21,292 nt of DNA from a virus: the UHGV virus genome UHGV-0273766; one strand, given 5' to 3'. The translations under genes and the position numbers were made by a program. Below the pieces are notes generated by a model that was not told the origin of the DNA, searched no databases, and saw only the letters and a list, made by a program, of their open reading frames with translations. Shown piece after piece: positions 18,406 through 21,292 of the stretch; the first letter of the stretch is position 1; every line of letters begins with the position of its first letter.

Positions 18406-18777
18406 ATGCGTGATATTCAAATGGTTCTTGAACGTTGGGGGGCATGGGTGGCAAATAATCACGAGGATGTGGAATGGTCATCTGTTGCTGCAGGTTTTAA
18501 GGGATTAATTCCTTCGAAAGTAAAATCCCGCCCGCAATGTAGCGATGACGATGGCCTGATCATTAGCTCTGCGATGACAGTTCTTAAGAAAAAGGAACCG
18601 TATCAATACGAATTACTGGAAATGTATTATGTGTATGGGGTTACATTACGGGTGTTGGGGGTAAAACTGGGGATATCACTTAATCAGGTTGTTATCAGAC
18701 TGCAGAAAGCTGAAGGGTTTATTGACGGTTGTCTGGCAATGTTGGGGGTATCTTTAGAAATTGATTGTTACATATAG
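18406..18777 (+). CDS. Antitermination protein Q-like (phage 82-type Q family, 123 aa)
   Basis: N-terminus MRDIQMVLERWGAWVANNHEDVEWSS matches my recollection of short Q proteins annotated in E. coli prophages; GGAG about 7 nt upstream; followed by an AT-rich intergenic region as expected for a late promoter and qut site. Confidence 0.65.
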   Translation: MRDIQMVLERWGAWVANNHEDVEWSSVAAGFKGLIPSKVKSRPQCSDDDGLIISSAMTVLKKKEPYQYELLEMYYVYGVTLRVLGVKLGISLNQVVIRLQKAEGFIDGCLAMLGVSLEIDCYI

Positions 18778-18852
18778 TAATAAATTCAATCAAAGTAAAT
18801 AATCATATTTTATTATAACCTCCTGATGATACCTGTTCATTGGGAGGTTATT

Positions 18853-19470
18853 ATGGATAAAAATGTAGAGCATGTATTAGTTGATGCAATTGAAAATAAG
18901 CAATCTTTAACAGTCGTTTACTTAGGAGGGAGCCAGCCCGGAACATTAAGGAATATTTCTCCGATTAGTATAAATGGGGATAAATTGCGGGCAAGATGCC
19001 ATAGTTCTGGAGCAGTAAAGGTTTTCAATCTTGGGAAAATACAGTTACCCAGTGACTCCTGCGCGGTATCTATGCACTATGGAGATTTAGAAGTTAAAGC
19101 TTATGAGACGATGCAGAGCGTAAATGACAACTTTCATGCCCTTTATCCTGAAGGACGATGGGGTGTTGATTTTAATGAGCATCGCTTTGCTTTATTTGAT
19201 TTTTTTAAAAACGGGAAACGAAAAAAAACGGCATTTATGGCAATTGAGTTCAGGGAAAGAGATGAAGAGAAAATAATAACAGGTGTAACAATTGATATTG
19301 GTATATCTGGAACAGTGATTTCTGAGAAGTCCCGAATCCCAAAAAGACGACCATGGGTAGTGGTTGGTCCCGAACACGGAGAATACAGTACTTATTCAAC
19401 TTTGGACAAGGCTGCTACAGCGTTTTTTGAGAGGCTTTCGTTGATAGCATCCGGCCTGGAAGATAATTGA
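18853..19470 (+). CDS. Hypothetical protein (205 aa), AT-rich moron immediately downstream of Q; possible WYL-like N-terminal domain
   Basis: GGGAGG Shine-Dalgarno 5 nt before the ATG; AT-rich by eye; N-terminal pattern VVYLGG...R.ISPISI....LRARCH.....KVFNLGKI resembles WYL/Sm-like folds; followed by a rho-independent terminator. Confidence 0.6.
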   Translation: MDKNVEHVLVDAIENKQSLTVVYLGGSQPGTLRNISPISINGDKLRARCHSSGAVKVFNLGKIQLPSDSCAVSMHYGDLEVKAYETMQSVNDNFHALYPEGRWGVDFNEHRFALFDFFKNGKRKKTAFMAIEFRERDEEKIITGVTIDIGISGTVISEKSRIPKRRPWVVVGPEHGEYSTYSTLDKAATAFFERLSLIASGLEDN

Positions 19471-19600
19471 TTTTATGTTTGGTATTCAGAGTTCGCCGTG
19501 CTTAAGAAAGTCAAGATTCTAAAAATACTGAATGAGCTACTTGTGTTATAACAAAAATGCTATTAGTGTGTTAAGAGTGGTTACTTCGCCACACAACTTA

Positions 19601-19626
19601 AACCCGCCACTGAGCGGGTTTTTTGT
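19601..19626 (+). terminator. Rho-independent terminator downstream of the moron
   Basis: Stem AACCCGC / GCGGGTT (7 bp), loop CACTGA, followed by a T-run. Confidence 0.75.
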
Positions 19627-19746
19627 ACCTGTAAACTTGGTGCAGTACAGTAAACACGCTGGTGGTCGTGAATACTGACTTTTTATCTTGCTGGCTTTTT
19701 AGACAAGAGTTATTGGTATGTCATGTTAACCAGAAGGGAAAAAGAC

Positions 19747-19944
19747 ATGCTAAAACAGCAAGATATGACCGAAACCGCCAGAGTGGTGTTTAATGAATTG
19801 AGCGTCACCGAACCGGCGACAGTCGGGGAGATTGCGCAGAATACTTACCTTTCACGCGAACGCTGCCAGTTAATACTGACCCAGCTGGTTATGGCGGGTC
19901 TGGCAGACTATCAGTTCGGTTGTTACAGACGCCTTCCGCAGTGA
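19747..19944 (+). CDS. Small hypothetical protein (65 aa), possible winged-helix DNA-binding protein
   Basis: AAGGGA about 9 nt upstream of the second ATG; TVGEIAQNTYLSRERCQLILTQLVMAGLA resembles a recognition helix / wing; a terminator hairpin overlaps its stop codon. Confidence 0.4.
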   Translation: MLKQQDMTETARVVFNELSVTEPATVGEIAQNTYLSRERCQLILTQLVMAGLADYQFGCYRRLPQ

Positions 19945-19957
19945 AGGCTTTTTTATT
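19931..19957 (+). terminator. Rho-independent terminator overlapping the stop of the small ORF
   Basis: Stem GCCTTC / GAAGGC, loop CGCAGT, followed by TTTTTTATTT. Confidence 0.65.
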
Positions 19958-20094
19958 TGTGGTAAATGGGCGGCTGGTGGGTGTTAGGGGCACCCACCAG
20001 CCATCTGCTCATGCGTTGGGTTCACAAGCAAACCTCAGGCCCACTGCTTTGCGCAAAAGCAGAATGAGCCTATCAGAGACAGGCTTAATGATCC

Positions 20095-21144
20095 ATGCTT
20101 AATACTGTAAAAATATCCAGTTGTGAGTTAATCAACGCCGACTGCCTGGAATTTATCCGGTCGTTACCCGAAAATTCTGTTGACCTGATAGTCACGGACC
20201 CGCCGTACTTTAAAGTGAAGCCTGAGGGCTGGGATAACCAGTGGAAGGGCGACGATGATTACCTGAAGTGGCTGGACCAGTGTCTGGCGCAGTTCTGGCG
20301 GGTGCTGAAACCTGCCGGAAGTCTTTACCTGTTCTGTGGTCATCGCCTGGCATCTGATATCGAAATCATGATGCGTGAACGCTTCAGTGTGCTGAACCAT
20401 ATTATCTGGGCGAAGCCGTCCGGACGCTGGAACGGATGCAACAAGGAAAGCCTGCGGGCGTATTTCCCCGCCACAGAGCGCATTCTGTTCGCGGAACATT
20501 ATCAGGGGCCGTATCGTCCGAAAGATGCCGGGTATGCGGCGAAGGGCAGTGCACTGAAACAGCATGTGATGGCCCCGCTGATTTCTTACTTTCGTGATGC
20601 GCGCGCGGCCCTGGGGATAACGGCAAAACAGATTGCAGATGCCACAGGAAAGAAAAACATGGTGTCGCACTGGTTCAGTGCCAGTCAGTGGCAGCTACCG
20701 AACGAAAGCGATTATCTGAAATTACAGTCGCTGTTTGCCCGGGTGGCAGAAGAGAAACATCAGCGCGGTGAACTGGAAAAGCCCCACCACCAGCTGGTGG
20801 ATACGTATACGTCACTGAACCGGCAGTATGTGGAGCTGCAGAGTGAATATAAGCATCTGCGGCGGTATTTTGGTGTGACGGCGCAGGTGCCGTACACGGA
20901 TGTGTGGACACATAAACCGGTGCAGTTCTATCCCGGGAAACATCCGTGCGAAAAACCGGCAGAAATGCTGCAGCAGATAATCAGCGCAAGCAGTCGTCCG
21001 GGTGACCTGGTTGCAGATTTTTTTATGGGCTCAGGTTCAACGGTAAAAGCGGCACTGGCGCTCGGGCGTCGTGCGATTGGCGTTGAGCTGGAGACCGGAC
21101 GTTTTGAGCAGACAGTCAGGGAAGTTCAGGATTTAATCGTTTGA
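20095..21144 (+). CDS. Orphan DNA methyltransferase, beta-class amino-methyltransferase (N6-adenine or N4-cytosine), 349 aa
   Basis: Motif IV TDPPY near the N-terminus and motif I FFMGSGST near the C-terminus (beta-class order); no restriction endonuclease gene adjacent. Confidence 0.85.
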   Translation: MLNTVKISSCELINADCLEFIRSLPENSVDLIVTDPPYFKVKPEGWDNQWKGDDDYLKWLDQCLAQFWRVLKPAGSLYLFCGHRLASDIEIMMRERFSVLNHIIWAKPSGRWNGCNKESLRAYFPATERILFAEHYQGPYRPKDAGYAAKGSALKQHVMAPLISYFRDARAALGITAKQIADATGKKNMVSHWFSASQWQLPNESDYLKLQSLFARVAEEKHQRGELEKPHHQLVDTYTSLNRQYVELQSEYKHLRRYFGVTAQVPYTDVWTHKPVQFYPGKHPCEKPAEMLQQIISASSRPGDLVADFFMGSGSTVKAALALGRRAIGVELETGRFEQTVREVQDLIV

Positions 21145-21193
21145 AACGGATGAGATTGCAGAATTAATTACGCACCATTATTATTCTGCTCCC

Positions 21194-21269
21194 GGCCCTT
21201 TAGCTCAGTGGTGAGAGCGAGCGACTCATAATCGCCAGGTCGCTGGTTCAAATCCAGCAAGGGCCACCA
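21194..21269 (+). tRNA. tRNA with anticodon CAT, tRNA-Ile2-like (lysidine type) or tRNA-Met; CCA encoded
   Basis: 7-bp acceptor stem GGCCCTT/AAGGGCC, D-arm AGCTCAGTGG, anticodon loop CTCATAA, T-arm GGTTCAAATCC, discriminator A plus CCA. Closely resembles E. coli ileX/ileY-type tRNA from memory. Confidence 0.85.
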
Positions 21270-21292
21270 TCACATACCGCCATTAGCTCATC

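Noticed and set aside
17351-18481. Minus-strand ORFs (17351-17701, 17930-18481, 18277-18462, 17791-17997) antisense to the DUF968 and Q-like genes
   Set aside because: Antisense shadows of well-supported plus-strand genes.
19640-19665. Possible LexA (SOS) box near CTGTAAACTTGGTGCAGTACAG
   Set aside because: Spacing and sequence do not fit the CTGT-N8-ACAG consensus.
20164-20911. Minus-strand ORFs inside the methyltransferase gene
   Set aside because: Antisense to a gene with clear DPPY and FxGxG methyltransferase motifs.
21194-21269. tRNA as prophage attachment site
   Set aside because: Phage genes lie 5' of the tRNA on the same strand and no duplicated tRNA 3'-end fragment is seen in the window; cannot be fully excluded without flanking sequence.

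Overview
This window reads as a mosaic temperate-phage region, all inferred by eye from the six-frame translations with no database search run. Left part (1-12742, minus strand): a tightly coupled tail/baseplate-tail fibre operon of contractile-tail type. It contains a ~1130 aa tape-measure-like protein with a lytic transglycosylase domain (P1 Sit-like), a gp25/W-like protein, a baseplate J-like protein, two small tail proteins and a long repeat-rich tail fibre that runs off the left edge. Two secreted proteins and three hypothetical proteins sit at the head of that operon, and no capsid, sheath or tube genes are visible. Middle (12.8-16.3 kb, plus strand): a P1-type immunity I / lytic replicon module. 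It has two copies of the P1 C1 operator consensus, a putative c4-like antisense RNA region, an icd-like ORF translationally coupled to an antirepressor, a terminator, and then KilA-N antirepressor and RepL-like genes. Right part (16.3-21.3 kb, plus strand): a lambdoid-like late-regulatory region with a small membrane protein, a Hok/Gef toxin, a DUF968 protein, a Q-like antiterminator, an AT-rich moron, a small winged-helix ORF, an orphan DNA methyltransferase and a tRNA with anticodon CAT. The most interesting candidates for undescribed biology are the secreted protein that shares a ~20 aa motif with the transglycosylase-bearing injection protein, and the AT-rich single-gene cassette immediately downstream of Q.
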